IMG/VR virus record: IMGVR_UViG_2571042005_000001
Span: 48,446-112,445 of that record
Length of the DNA: 64,000 nt
From: a virus
Lineage: Duplodnaviria; Heunggongvirae; Uroviricota; Caudoviricetes
Direction: 5' to 3' (one strand)
This document shows positions 28,882-38,248 of this stretch, one piece after another; the stretch's first letter is position 1, and each line of letters opens with the position of its first letter. The translations under genes were made by a program, and so were the position numbers. The notes beneath the pieces were generated by a model. That model saw nothing but the letters and a program-made list of their open reading frames with translations. It searched no databases and was not told where the DNA came from.

Positions 28882-29580
28882 TCACTGCCCCTTTTGGTTT
28901 GGGAGGGGTGTGACGCTCTGGGGGATGGTCAGCAGCTCGATGCCAGGGAAGCGGTCACTGGGTTGCCAGTCGGCAGCAACTTCATCACAGAAATCCAGTC
29001 CATGCTGGGCCACTTCGGGGTACCAATCTGGGCCAGAGATGTGATCCAGAACTTGCTGTTCGTTTTCGGCTTCCACCCAGCAGACCATGATGGTGTGGGT
29101 GTGTGATTCCCCTGAGCACATGAACCATTTGTGGGGGGTTTGCCCTTTGATGGACCTCATGTCATTTGCTTTGAAGCGAACCCAGTAGCGTTTCAGGGTG
29201 CTGGTGCTGGGTTTGGGGACCTTCCGGAATCCGAATTTGGGTAGGGCCCTGTAGAGCATGCTTTCCCGGTGGATGTGCTGGGGCTTGTATGTGACGGTGC
29301 GGGCCTGCTCGTTTTTGTGGTCTTCGATGAACAGGTGATTGTCCACGAAGTGCTTCCAGCCTTGATCGTAGTCCTGGGCGAGACTGAAAGGGTTGGCTTG
29401 GCCGTTCTTGAGTTCCATTTCAACGGCCCAGTGCTCCGTCTCGAAAACCGGGCTGTATGGGGTGCCGGGTGCGGGGGGTGCCTCCTGGGCCACCAGCACT
29501 TCAAGCACGAGGATGATGGTGTATTTGCGCGCTGCGCCTGCAGGGGTGGCATTCAGGGTGTTCTGCTGGGGGTCACTCAT
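28882..29580 (-). CDS. Hypothetical protein (about 232 aa; start MSDPQQNT)
   Basis: Minus-strand ORF in a GT-skewed block. Confidence 0.4.
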   Translation of the reverse strand: MSDPQQNTLNATPAGAARKYTIILVLEVLVAQEAPPAPGTPYSPVFETEHWAVEMELKNGQANPFSLAQDYDQGWKHFVDNHLFIEDHKNEQARTVTYKPQHIHRESMLYRALPKFGFRKVPKPSTSTLKRYWVRFKANDMRSIKGQTPHKWFMCSGESHTHTIMVCWVEAENEQQVLDHISGPDWYPEVAQHGLDFCDEVAADWQPSDRFPGIELLTIPQSVTPLPNQKGQ

Positions 29581-30103
29581 GGGTTTTCTCCGGGTAGAAG
29601 TGCCTGCTGGCCCATCTGGCCAGAGGTGCGCGGTGCAGGTTGTGCCGGTCATGGTCGGCGAGCATTGCGAGGTCCGGTGTGGCTTGCGGGCGGATGGTTG
29701 CGAGGTACTTGAGGTGGTGCAGGATGTTGTACTGGCCCATCAAGTCCGGGTGGGTGTCCATGATGACCAGAGCGAGGGCAGTTGCGCGGCTGTTGCCGTT
29801 CGTGCTTTGGATGTGCAGGTGCTCGGGGCGGTGGTGCTCCACGAACAGGCAAGCCACCCTGCATTGCAGCCACGGGCGGATTTTTGGGGTTTTGGGGTTC
29901 TGGGGGGTGCTGATGTGCTCGAAAGTGAGGCGCAAAAGGGGCCTGCTGGTGTCCACCCATGCGGGTATTCTTTCGGTGGGTTGCCCGAGGCTGATCACCA
30001 TGCTTGGGGTGCTCTGGGGGGGCTCGTTGAGCCCTCCGATGGTGATGATCACAGTTGATCTCCGGTGAAAGTGACGAGGATGCGCCTCTGGGTGGAGGTG
30101 CAC
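29573..30103 (-). CDS. Hypothetical protein (about 140-176 aa; start uncertain)
   Basis: Minus-strand ORF. Confidence 0.3.
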   Translation of the reverse strand: MHLHPEAHPRHFHRRSTVIITIGGLNEPPQSTPSMVISLGQPTERIPAWVDTSRPLLRLTFEHISTPQNPKTPKIRPWLQCRVACLFVEHHRPEHLHIQSTNGNSRATALALVIMDTHPDLMGQYNILHHLKYLATIRPQATPDLAMLADHDRHNLHRAPLARWASRHFYPEKTHE

Positions 30104-31200
30104 ACCCCGAAGTGGGTGTATTCGTCTTTGGGTTCAGGGAGAGGGGTGATGTTGATGGGGTGGCTGAGGCCGCAAGCCGAGCAGTGCCTGACTTGGATGG
30201 TGGTGCTGGGTGTGGCTGCGCTGGTGGTGTTTTTGGCCCAGTTCTCTGGGAGTTGAGGGGCAATGAAGGTCCGGCCCCGGTTGTAGTGCGGGATGGGGTC
30301 TTCTGTTGGGATGGGCACGCAGCTCTCCCAACTTTCGTATTCGTTGCCGTCGGCGTCGAAGTACAGGGTTTTCCCCATGGTTTTTTGGGCGGTGAGGCCG
30401 TGCTTTTTGAGTTCTTTGCGGTCGAAGTCTTCAGGGGTTTTCCAGATGACCGGTTCGATCTTCCAGCCGGGTGCGCGCTGCAGGTGATTGAAGGCCTCGT
30501 TGAACACTTGCAGGAGGTCCACGAAGTGCCGTTGCCATTTGAGGGGCATGCTTTGCAGGAGTGTCCGCTCCAGCAGCAGGTAGTTGGCGTACGACAGGCT
30601 GAAGTATTCGTGGATGGCCCCGTCACGGCTGATTTGCACGCCGTCCGGGGTGTGGGTGGTGTACTGGGTGTCCGGGTCGAACCGGTCCATGAGGTGGGCG
30701 AGCGCAGCGTAACCTTCAGGGGTGAGTTGCTGGCGTTGTGCCTGCAGCAGGGCCAGCCGTGCCCGGAGGATCAGAGAGGTGAGGTCGAGGTTCTCCAGGT
30801 ACAACGTTGTGGCGGTTTCGCTTTGCAGGGTCACGGCTTGGCAGTCTCCATGCAGGAACTGGAAGCGTTCAAGGCCGTCTTGCAGGTCTTTGGCGTAAAG
30901 GTCCTGCAGGGTGTGCTGCTTCCCGCAGTGCTCGCAGTGCAGGGTCATGGTGGCGAAGCAGTACTTGATGTGCGCTCCGGGGGGTGATGTGCTGGGCTCG
31001 GCGACTGGCAGGTAACGGTGGGTTTCGTTGACGATGTACTTGCGGTCCGATTGGGCCCACAAGTCGGGGTTTTTTTCAGCCCAGAGTTGCAGGTTGGTTT
31101 GGGCTTCGTCTCGGGTGGAGCCGTGCACCATGGGGATGTAGTACTTGTTGTGCGGGTCCCAGGTGCTGATCACGGTGATGGGGTTGGGTTCACTTGGCAT
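30049..31200 (-). CDS. Hypothetical protein with two Cys-pair Zn-ribbon-like motifs (383 aa)
   Basis: CEHCGK near the N-terminal third and CSACG near the C-terminus. Otherwise helical. Confidence 0.45.
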   Translation of the reverse strand: MPSEPNPITVISTWDPHNKYYIPMVHGSTRDEAQTNLQLWAEKNPDLWAQSDRKYIVNETHRYLPVAEPSTSPPGAHIKYCFATMTLHCEHCGKQHTLQDLYAKDLQDGLERFQFLHGDCQAVTLQSETATTLYLENLDLTSLILRARLALLQAQRQQLTPEGYAALAHLMDRFDPDTQYTTHTPDGVQISRDGAIHEYFSLSYANYLLLERTLLQSMPLKWQRHFVDLLQVFNEAFNHLQRAPGWKIEPVIWKTPEDFDRKELKKHGLTAQKTMGKTLYFDADGNEYESWESCVPIPTEDPIPHYNRGRTFIAPQLPENWAKNTTSAATPSTTIQVRHCSACGLSHPINITPLPEPKDEYTHFGVCTSTQRRILVTFTGDQL

Positions 31201-31501
31201 GCTTTTTCTCCTTTGCTTGCATCAAGGCCTGTTCGATTTCGGTGATGGCCTGCCCACTGGTGACCTTCTGGGTGGTGTACCTCAGGACCGTCCAGTGGTT
31301 GGTGGCTGCGAGGTTGTATTTTTCGGTGTCCCGTTCGTAACCGTCTGGTTGGGTGTGTCGGCTGATGCCGCGCGTGCCACCTTCGATTTCCACGGCGAGC
31401 ATGAATTGTGGCCATGCGAAATCGAACCGGAAGTTGCGGTGGATGCTGAATTTGTATTCCCGTGTGGGTTCAGGCAGCCCGAGGAGGTGGATTTGATGCA
31501 A
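31190..31501 (-). CDS. DUF559 / Vsr-like (PD-(D/E)XK-related) endonuclease domain protein (103 aa)
   Basis: Segment FDFAWPQFMLAVEIEGGTRGISRHTQPDGYERDTEKYNLAATNHWTVLRYT matches the DUF559 pattern (DF..P..klaiE.DG..H ... RD..L...GW.VLR). Confidence 0.5.
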   Translation of the reverse strand: MHQIHLLGLPEPTREYKFSIHRNFRFDFAWPQFMLAVEIEGGTRGISRHTQPDGYERDTEKYNLAATNHWTVLRYTTQKVTSGQAITEIEQALMQAKEKKHAK

Positions 31502-31711
31502 GAAAAGTTCCTCCCCAGGGGATGGTTGCCTGGGGAGGTGGGGTTTGTGTTTTCGTGTTTTGAGGTCTTTGATTTTCTGGAGTTCTTGACCGGCCCGAGG
31601 GTCGCCTTGCTTTGCGCGTTTCTGCAGGTATTGCGTGGCGGCATCCTGGGTGATTTTGCGGCGGGGAATGGTGGGCCTCCTTTGTGCAGGGGGGTGGTGG
31701 TTTGGGAGGGG

Positions 31712-32134
31712 TCACCTGCGGGGTGGAGGGGGGTTCAGTTTCGTGCAGAGGTGGGTGTATGCCTGAATGAATGCCCGGGTGATCAGCGGGTGCTGGATGT
31801 GGGCGGTGGCGCGTTCCCTGCAGCCGTTTTGCTGCCAGCCATCGATGAGCAGGATCCCTGAGCGTTTGCGCCAGATCCAGCCTTTGTGGCAAGCGCGTTC
31901 TTGCAGCACGGGCAGCAATTCCAGGGAGAGTTTCCTGAGGTTGACGTGCTCTTCGAGGGGCGGCTCGGTCCAGTTGGGGTTGGTGAAGTTCACCGTGATC
32001 CATTCCAGGGGGGTTTGGAGGGTGACTTTCTGGTGGGGTTCGGTGGTCACGGTGAGGGTGGGGTCAGGGTCGGCGAGGGTGAGGTTGTGGAGCAGGTTGA
32101 AGGTTTCTGGGGTGAAATCGAGGTCTTGGATCAT
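31712..32134 (-). CDS. Hypothetical protein (140 aa)
   Basis: Minus-strand ORF with a 4-nt overlap to the phosphatase gene. Confidence 0.35.
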   Translation of the reverse strand: MIQDLDFTPETFNLLHNLTLADPDPTLTVTTEPHQKVTLQTPLEWITVNFTNPNWTEPPLEEHVNLRKLSLELLPVLQERACHKGWIWRKRSGILLIDGWQQNGCRERATAHIQHPLITRAFIQAYTHLCTKLNPPPPRR

Positions 32135-32835
32135 GGGGCTTCCTGCATTTCGGGGACGCTGGAGAGGGGCTGAACCGAGCCGTCCATGTGAATGATTTCC
32201 CGTTTTTCGGTGTCCATGACGCAGAACCGCTTCTCGGGCCTGATGTCACCTCCAAGGTCAATGAAGTAACTCACCCGGCCATCCTGATGGGTGAGTTTCA
32301 TCGGGTGGGGCAAAGGTGTGTGCCCATGCACACTGAACTCCACACCCCTCGGCAAGAACCTCAAGGGGTGCACCATCGGGCGTTCCCAGAGGTGGCCGTG
32401 AATGCCGACTTTGCTGGTGTAAATCTGGTCGTGGTCGTGCTGCGGGGGCATGGCGTGAGAGGCAAGCAGGGGGCCTTGAATGAACACTTCCGGTTGGTCT
32501 TTCAGCCAGAGCAAATGCCGGGTGAGCATCGATGATGCGTCACTGAGGAAACGACGCTCGTATTCCCGCCAGGTGGCATGACCTCCATGCTTGTGCCAGT
32601 GCCTCATGTCGCTGGCGTCACCCCAACGTGCATACATTGCCATGGCTTCATGGTTGCCCATCAGCAGCACCGCCCGGCCTTCCACCACCAGCCGCTTCAC
32701 GCCTTCAATCACTTCCACGTTCTGGTGGCCACGGTCAATCAAATCCCCGAGGAACAGCAACGGTTGGTCTCCGGCCACCCCAAGGGCGAATTCGAGCAGC
32801 CTGAAACTGCCGTGGATGTCTGGGATGATGATCAT
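32131..32835 (-). CDS. Calcineurin-like metallophosphoesterase / Ser-Thr phosphatase (234 aa)
   Basis: Metallophosphatase signature motifs PDIHG, GDLIDRG and GNHE, with downstream His-containing segments. Similar to lambda-PPase-type phage phosphatases. Confidence 0.75.
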   Translation of the reverse strand: MIIIPDIHGSFRLLEFALGVAGDQPLLFLGDLIDRGHQNVEVIEGVKRLVVEGRAVLLMGNHEAMAMYARWGDASDMRHWHKHGGHATWREYERRFLSDASSMLTRHLLWLKDQPEVFIQGPLLASHAMPPQHDHDQIYTSKVGIHGHLWERPMVHPLRFLPRGVEFSVHGHTPLPHPMKLTHQDGRVSYFIDLGGDIRPEKRFCVMDTEKREIIHMDGSVQPLSSVPEMQEAP

Positions 32836-33116
32836 TCTTCACCTGCCTCTTGGGGGGTTTTGGAAAGGGGATGCATGCCGGGGGAATTCAGGGACAGGTA
32901 CTGGTCATAAATCCTGTTCAATTCATTGACCTCTCTGGTTTCGCTTTCCAGGTACAGAAAGGCCACATCTTGGTTGTTTTGGCGTGACCTTTCGTACTCC
33001 TTCTGGTAGTGCGTGACCACGCGTTGCTGCCGCTCGTGCTGCATGAGCAAATCCAGTTTGAGTTCAATGCGGTCCAGTTGTTTTTTCAAAGCCGGGTGGA
33101 TGGGTTCATCGCCCAT
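32832..33116 (-). CDS. Hypothetical protein (94 aa)
   Basis: Minus-strand ORF. Confidence 0.35.
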   Translation of the reverse strand: MGDEPIHPALKKQLDRIELKLDLLMQHERQQRVVTHYQKEYERSRQNNQDVAFLYLESETREVNELNRIYDQYLSLNSPGMHPLSKTPQEAGEE

Positions 33117-33420
33117 GGTCGAACAGCTTTCTGGTCACCGCTTGGCTTTTCTGCAAGAACCGCCCGGTCATGGAGTGATGGAATTGCCAGCGTTTGAAGA
33201 CCCTTTCCATCGATGGGATCACCACCTGCTTTTCCAGTCCCGTCTCAGGGTCCCTGCACAGCACTTCCGTGAAGCCCCGCTTGGCTTGCTCCTGAATCGC
33301 CCGGTTGACCTGCAGGGATTCCCGCACGCATGCAGCAGGCGAATCGTACTTGCCTCGCTTCACCATGTCCTGCAGGGTCTCGTAAGAGCAGGCATCGAAG
33401 GTGAACACCACCCGGGTCAT
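33106..33420 (-). CDS. Hypothetical protein (104 aa)
   Basis: Minus-strand ORF. Confidence 0.35.
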   Translation of the reverse strand: MTRVVFTFDACSYETLQDMVKRGKYDSPAACVRESLQVNRAIQEQAKRGFTEVLCRDPETGLEKQVVIPSMERVFKRWQFHHSMTGRFLQKSQAVTRKLFDHGR

Positions 33421-33785
33421 GGTTGATCCTTCAAGACTTCCGGAATGCTGCCTGCAATGTGCTGCAGTTCCGAATCGTTCATGCCCATCGCTCCGACTTT
33501 GCCTTTGCTGCAGCGCGCAACCGCCACCACCTGCACGATCAGCACATCACAGTCCGGCGAACTGGTGCATTGTAGGGTCCCTGCGACCAGAGCGTCAAGC
33601 TTGCTCTGGGTGGGCTTGGCTTCGGTTTCAGGGATGATCACGGCATCCTGTGGTTTGGGAGGGGTGCTGGTGGCGAGCACCAGGTAAGAGCCGACGTCCA
33701 GGATTTCACTCATGTTTTTGGTCTTTCTGGGCGTTCTGGCAGGCCCGGAGGTGCGCTTTGAGGGTGGCCAGCATTTCACTGGCAT
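33417..33785 (-). CDS. Hypothetical protein (122 aa)
   Basis: Minus-strand ORF. Confidence 0.35.
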   Translation of the reverse strand: MPVKCWPPSKRTSGPARTPRKTKNMSEILDVGSYLVLATSTPPKPQDAVIIPETEAKPTQSKLDALVAGTLQCTSSPDCDVLIVQVVAVARCSKGKVGAMGMNDSELQHIAGSIPEVLKDQP

Positions 33786-34146
33786 GCTGCTCGGAAACCC
33801 GGTCGTGTGACGTCTGGTTTTCCTGAAAGGAGTGCAGGAAAGTCACCGTGAACACCCGATTGAAGTGATTCTGGTGCACTTCCCGCAAAAACCCGAGTTC
33901 CGAAGAGCGCCGGAGGACCGCCAGAAACACGCTCTCCATCACCTTCTGGAAGTCCACGTGGGTGCTGGGGGTGATTTGTGCTTTTTTGGGCAGGTAAACA
34001 GCATGCGTCTGGTGCTGCAGGCACAGGGAGTGCCGCAAGTCCTCGGTGGTCACGGCAAGCCCAGGGTCGGCCTCTTGGAGGTCCTCCAGCAAATCAAATG
34101 CCTCCCTGGGCGCGATGAGATCAAGAAGGGAAGGCAGGGGGGTCAC
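33706..34146 (-). CDS. Hypothetical protein (146 aa; start uncertain)
   Basis: Minus-strand ORF. Confidence 0.35.
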   Translation of the reverse strand: MTPLPSLLDLIAPREAFDLLEDLQEADPGLAVTTEDLRHSLCLQHQTHAVYLPKKAQITPSTHVDFQKVMESVFLAVLRRSSELGFLREVHQNHFNRVFTVTFLHSFQENQTSHDRVSEQHASEMLATLKAHLRACQNAQKDQKHE

Positions 34147-34670
34147 TCGTTCTCCAGGTGCTCAAGCCAACGCTGGACGTTCACCACGGTGAGCTTGCGG
34201 TAACCCATTTCCAGGTGGCCTTCTTTGTGCAAATCGGAAAGGATTTTGCTGGTTGATTCACGGATCTGGTGTATGAGCGCGGATATGTCCTGGTGGGTGA
34301 TGGCCACAGTGCAACTGCCGTCCCCATGATGGTCGGCGAGCGGCGTGTCCAGCAGTTGCGCAAGCAGGATCTGGATGCGTTTGCGCCCAGGGAACACATG
34401 CAGGGCCGAAAACACCCCCATCCTGCCGATCTGTTTCTCCAGCGAAGCCACGTCCACCTCTGGAACCGCAGTGAGCTTCGAGAGCATCGCTGCCGTGAAA
34501 GACACGCCGGTCGGCAAATGGAAACTTTCGCCTGGCAGAATCAAATTCGTGGTGACTTCCTCACCGTAGAGGAACGTCGGCACAGCCAGCACCCCTTCAT
34601 TCAGGCGGTAATTCAGGCCCTGCCAGCTCACCGGTGAGCTCTGGCCGCGATGCAACATCAACTCAGTCAT
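34143..34670 (-). CDS. Hypothetical protein (175 aa)
   Basis: Minus-strand ORF. Confidence 0.35.
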   Translation of the reverse strand: MTELMLHRGQSSPVSWQGLNYRLNEGVLAVPTFLYGEEVTTNLILPGESFHLPTGVSFTAAMLSKLTAVPEVDVASLEKQIGRMGVFSALHVFPGRKRIQILLAQLLDTPLADHHGDGSCTVAITHQDISALIHQIRESTSKILSDLHKEGHLEMGYRKLTVVNVQRWLEHLENE

Positions 34671-35080
34671 GCTTTCTCCTTTTCAGGGAACCACTCAGGC
34701 CAATTGGCTGGGTTGCACCTCTTGTTTTCAATGGTCCAGAGGGCGTCTTGCAGGGCGTCATTTGCCCAGCGGCACCCTTCTGATTTCAGTTGGGAGCCAT
34801 CCACATAGAAAGCCAAATGGTTCGACCAGGGGCCTTCGTAATAAACCGGGTGGGTGCGGTGGTGGTCCACGAAGCGCACGAAACCCATTTCGATGTGCAG
34901 CACCCAACCTTCCGGGGTTTCCCAGCGCAACTGCAAGGATGGCTTTTCGGCGTCTTCAGGCATGCGGATGGGTGCATGAACATCCGGGGGCCCGAGCAGG
35001 TCGGTGAGTTCAGTTGGGATGCTGGCCATGCAGTGACCGGTGAGCACTTCGGCACTCAACGCGCGGATCTTCTCGGGCAT
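34667..35080 (-). CDS. Hypothetical protein (137 aa)
   Basis: Minus-strand ORF. Confidence 0.35.
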   Translation of the reverse strand: MPEKIRALSAEVLTGHCMASIPTELTDLLGPPDVHAPIRMPEDAEKPSLQLRWETPEGWVLHIEMGFVRFVDHHRTHPVYYEGPWSNHLAFYVDGSQLKSEGCRWANDALQDALWTIENKRCNPANWPEWFPEKEKA

Positions 35081-35778
35081 CAGTCCGCCGCCTCCTGACG
35101 GGTGGGGTAGAACAGCAGCTTGTTTCGGGTGGAAGAGCGCTCAGCGACCACCAGCCCATCTGCCTGCAGGGCTTTGACGACCTTTTCGATCTGCCGGATG
35201 GGGGTCCTGCGGTTGAATCCGATCTGCTGGCAGATGGCCCTGACGGTCACGCCGGGCGTGCCTTCAATCACCTCTCGGACCTTTCCCTCAAGGATTTGCT
35301 GCTCCTCGCTTTGCTCCTCTGCACTCAAAGCCCTGTACATGAAAGGGTCTTTTTGGCTGCCGGATCCAGCGCGACCAAGCAAGTTGTTGTCCAGCAGGGT
35401 CCTGATGTAAGAGCGGGTCACGGCATCATCGAGGACCAGCAGCTCAGCAAGCTCAGTGAGCCCCATCGGGCGTTGCTGCACAGCCAACAAAATGGCCTTC
35501 TTGACGCTCGGGAATTCCGGGAATTCCTGCAGCCGGTGATGGTGACGGTTCAGGTACACCTCTCCGGCGTCGGTCAGGCAGATGCCGCTCGCTTCTTTCC
35601 TGGCGAAGCCCAGCATGTACAGGGGGGACAGGGTGGAGTGCACGTCCTCAAGGTCAAAATGGTACCCTTTCAGGCGCTCAGTGAGGGCCTTGATGGGCGT
35701 CGGGTGGGCGGAGAGTTTCGAGAGCACTTTCACCATGGCAACGATGGTGATTTCACTGAGGGTTTCGGTGTTTCGTTC
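35080..35778 (-). CDS. Multi-winged-helix (MarR/PadR-like repeats) DNA-binding protein (about 232 aa)
   Basis: Three segments look like wHTH modules (AMVKVLSKLSAHPTPIKALTERLK..., AILLAVQQRPMGLTELAELLVLD..., TVRAICQQIGFNRRTPIRQIEKVVKALQADGLV). Confidence 0.4.
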   Translation of the reverse strand, partial: ERNTETLSEITIVAMVKVLSKLSAHPTPIKALTERLKGYHFDLEDVHSTLSPLYMLGFARKEASGICLTDAGEVYLNRHHHRLQEFPEFPSVKKAILLAVQQRPMGLTELAELLVLDDAVTRSYIRTLLDNNLLGRAGSGSQKDPFMYRALSAEEQSEEQQILEGKVREVIEGTPGVTVRAICQQIGFNRRTPIRQIEKVVKALQADGLVVAERSSTRNKLLFYPTRQEAAD

Positions 35779-35780
35779 CA

Positions 35781-36686
35781 TCAGCCTTTCTTCACTTTCG
35801 GTTGGATCACGCTGGCCACATGCGCTTTCGGATCCGGGACGTTGCTTCTCCACTGCTGGTAATCGCGGTGCAGCACTTTGACTTTGTACTGCCCGTCGGC
35901 GTTGCGCTTCGGGGCTTGCAGGTCATGAAACAAGCACAAACTCAACGCTTCGCTGAGGTCCGAAGTGACCAGTTCGAAGTAAGAGAAGTCCTGCCGGGCA
36001 ACCTGGGCTTTCAACTGGTCCCGTTCGGCCCTCAATTCCCGCATTTCAGCGGCGTGCCGTTCACGCTCCCGACTCGCCCCGGAGTGCGCCTTCTCGACTT
36101 TCTGTTGCGCTTCCAGCAAAGACTTTTGAAGCCCGAGAATCTCCTTTTTCAACTGGTCTGTTTCTGGAGCAGCAGCAGCCCGCTGCGCTTCACTTGCCCG
36201 GACCTGCAGGGCACGCACCTCGCTTTCAAGGGTGTCCACCTGCTGTCGGAGTTGCTGTTCGTGCCGCTCGTACTGGTCGAGTTCGTTTTTGTAGTGGTGG
36301 GTCACTGCCGCAGCGAGGCAATCCTCAAAGAACTTCCGGGCGTCCAGGGCGTGCTTCTTCAGCACCGCGTCGGCCAGAGCAGCATCGAAAGTGCGGTGCA
36401 GCAACCACTCCTGTGCGACATCCACAAAGCAATCCATGCCGCGCCGCAACAACCTCAAATTGAAGTGGTCGTTGTGGTGATCGCTGAAAGGCTGCGTCAA
36501 GTAAGCCTCTCTGGTGCTCTGCAGCAAATCGGTGATCGCCAGGAAGGACTTGCGGGCCATCAAACCGAAATCCTCATCGTTCAACTGCGCCAAACGCAAC
36601 GCCGGCGGAGGGGTGACCCTTTTGCGGACAGGGGGCGGTTGGTTCACGCCAGACAACTGCTGGTTCAATTTGTTCAGTTTGCTCAC
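35781..36686 (-). CDS. Coiled-coil protein (301 aa)
   Basis: Long Glu/Gln/Arg/Leu-rich heptad region in the middle. Confidence 0.4.
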   Translation of the reverse strand: MSKLNKLNQQLSGVNQPPPVRKRVTPPPALRLAQLNDEDFGLMARKSFLAITDLLQSTREAYLTQPFSDHHNDHFNLRLLRRGMDCFVDVAQEWLLHRTFDAALADAVLKKHALDARKFFEDCLAAAVTHHYKNELDQYERHEQQLRQQVDTLESEVRALQVRASEAQRAAAAPETDQLKKEILGLQKSLLEAQQKVEKAHSGASRERERHAAEMRELRAERDQLKAQVARQDFSYFELVTSDLSEALSLCLFHDLQAPKRNADGQYKVKVLHRDYQQWRSNVPDPKAHVASVIQPKVKKG

Positions 36687-37399
36687 GGTTCTCCTCTCCC
36701 TGCGTTGATCTCAGAGAGGTAATGCTGGAAGGCCTCGCTGTTGAACGGCAAAGGGGTGCGCACCACCTTCAGAAGGGTGGTTGCCACCTGCGCAGCACCA
36801 TGCTCGTGGATGTGAGACAGCACCTCCGGCAACCACTCCGCGAACACCCGCATGGGGGCTTTGCTTTTGAATTTCAGTTCACACAACGCCCGGAACACCT
36901 CCGGGTAAGCCTCCAGAAGAATCAAAGCGGAAAACTCCACCTCTGGGTGCTCCGCGAGATCCAAGGCGACTTTTGCGCGTGCAGACGTGAGTTTCGCCTG
37001 CCGGGACAGCAGTGCAAGCTGCTCCGGGTAAGGCAAAGGCGGGGTTTCCACTTTCGGCGGGAGGGCAGGGGTGCGTTTCCCGCCACGCAAAGAACGCTTC
37101 CGGGACTGCAGCACAGCCTTCGCAGGAAGCCACTCCGCAGGGGCGCGGATGGTGTACTCGGGTTTTCGTCCCGGTCGATCCAGGCGACTCACCACCTGGA
37201 AGCCCAGCAGGGCATGCAGGGTTTTGCGGGCCGTGTCCTCGGTGATCAGGCACCTCCGGGCAATTTCAGGGATGCCTGCCTGGACACTCAAGGTGCCGGC
37301 ACTCAAAGTGATCAGGTGACTCACCACCCGGTGCTCATGGGGGGTGAGGGGGTACTTGTCGAGCCGGTCCCGCAAAGCATCGGTTGTCTTTCGGGCCAC
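36683..37399 (-). CDS. HTH DNA-binding protein (238 aa), possible replication/regulatory factor
   Basis: N-terminal HTH-like segment SHLITLSAGTLSVQAGIPEIARRCLITEDTARKTLHALLG. Confidence 0.4.
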   Translation of the reverse strand: MARKTTDALRDRLDKYPLTPHEHRVVSHLITLSAGTLSVQAGIPEIARRCLITEDTARKTLHALLGFQVVSRLDRPGRKPEYTIRAPAEWLPAKAVLQSRKRSLRGGKRTPALPPKVETPPLPYPEQLALLSRQAKLTSARAKVALDLAEHPEVEFSALILLEAYPEVFRALCELKFKSKAPMRVFAEWLPEVLSHIHEHGAAQVATTLLKVVRTPLPFNSEAFQHYLSEINAGRGEP

Positions 37400-38248
37400 C
37401 TACGTCCGCTTTCTGCAAGGCCCTGGCCCCCTGAGGGTCTCCGCGTACAGACCGCACAACTCCTTGCGGTTCAACTCCGCGAGCTTCGCACGGGTCTGCA
37501 ACTCAATGCCCGGCATGGACCACCAGCCCCCGTAATACCCGGCCTTCCGGAAAGCCATGATCTGATCGATCATGCTCTGGGCAGTCACCTCCGGGAAAGG
37601 ATCCGGGGCTTCAGGTTCAGGCGCAGGCTTGCTGGGCGTGGGCTTGGAGGGCTCCACGGCGGCAATCAAAGCCTGCACTTCATCCACTGGTTTTCCCTGC
37701 CAGGCCCCCTGCACCCGGTTGATCACCTGATCGAGCACCATGTGCAACTCTGGCTTCTTGTGCGGACTGTTCGGCACCCGCCAAGCGCCTTGCGCCCCAC
37801 CGATCGGAATGGGAGGGTCAATGGCCGTGAATTGCCCGAGACGCCAACCGTTCGACCCGAAGTACCACGGGTCATCATGATCCTCAGGGGCACCGGTGAT
37901 CACCTCCTCGATGATGGCCACCGCATAAATGCCTTGCTTCACGAACCTGAGGACCTCTGAAGGGTCCGTGAAATCCGGCATGGCCGCTGGTTGCATGCCG
38001 ACAATGCCCAGGCAGATCTGCTTCAATTCCTCGCCGAGCCTGAGTGCAGCCTGCTCACCTGACGGGCCTCTGCCGCCATGAAGGGCGATGGTGTCACCGA
38101 CCTTCAAACCCAGCCTCTGGGGTGGGTACTCGCGGTTCTCGACGCGTTTCTTTGGGAAGCCACCCCCGAAGTCGTGCAGCATCATCGCTGGCCACGGCTG
38201 CAGGAGCGTCAAAGCCCGCAAATTCTCAAAATCATAAGGGGGCATCAA
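37400..38248 (-). CDS. ASCH-domain (PUA-like) protein (282 aa)
   Basis: N-terminus LTLLQPWPAMMLHDFGGGFPKKRVENR...GDTIALHGG matches the ASCH hallmark (QPWA...G.K..E.R). The C-terminal half is uncharacterised. Confidence 0.55.
   Translation of the reverse strand: MMPPYDFENLRALTLLQPWPAMMLHDFGGGFPKKRVENREYPPQRLGLKVGDTIALHGGRGPSGEQAALRLGEELKQICLGIVGMQPAAMPDFTDPSEVLRFVKQGIYAVAIIEEVITGAPEDHDDPWYFGSNGWRLGQFTAIDPPIPIGGAQGAWRVPNSPHKKPELHMVLDQVINRVQGAWQGKPVDEVQALIAAVEPSKPTPSKPAPEPEAPDPFPEVTAQSMIDQIMAFRKAGYYGGWWSMPGIELQTRAKLAELNRKELCGLYAETLRGPGPCRKRT

Noticed and set aside
31470-32003. 177-aa Pro/Arg-rich minus-strand ORF
   Set aside because: It overlaps the DUF559 gene and the 31712..32134 gene in other frames. 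Low complexity.
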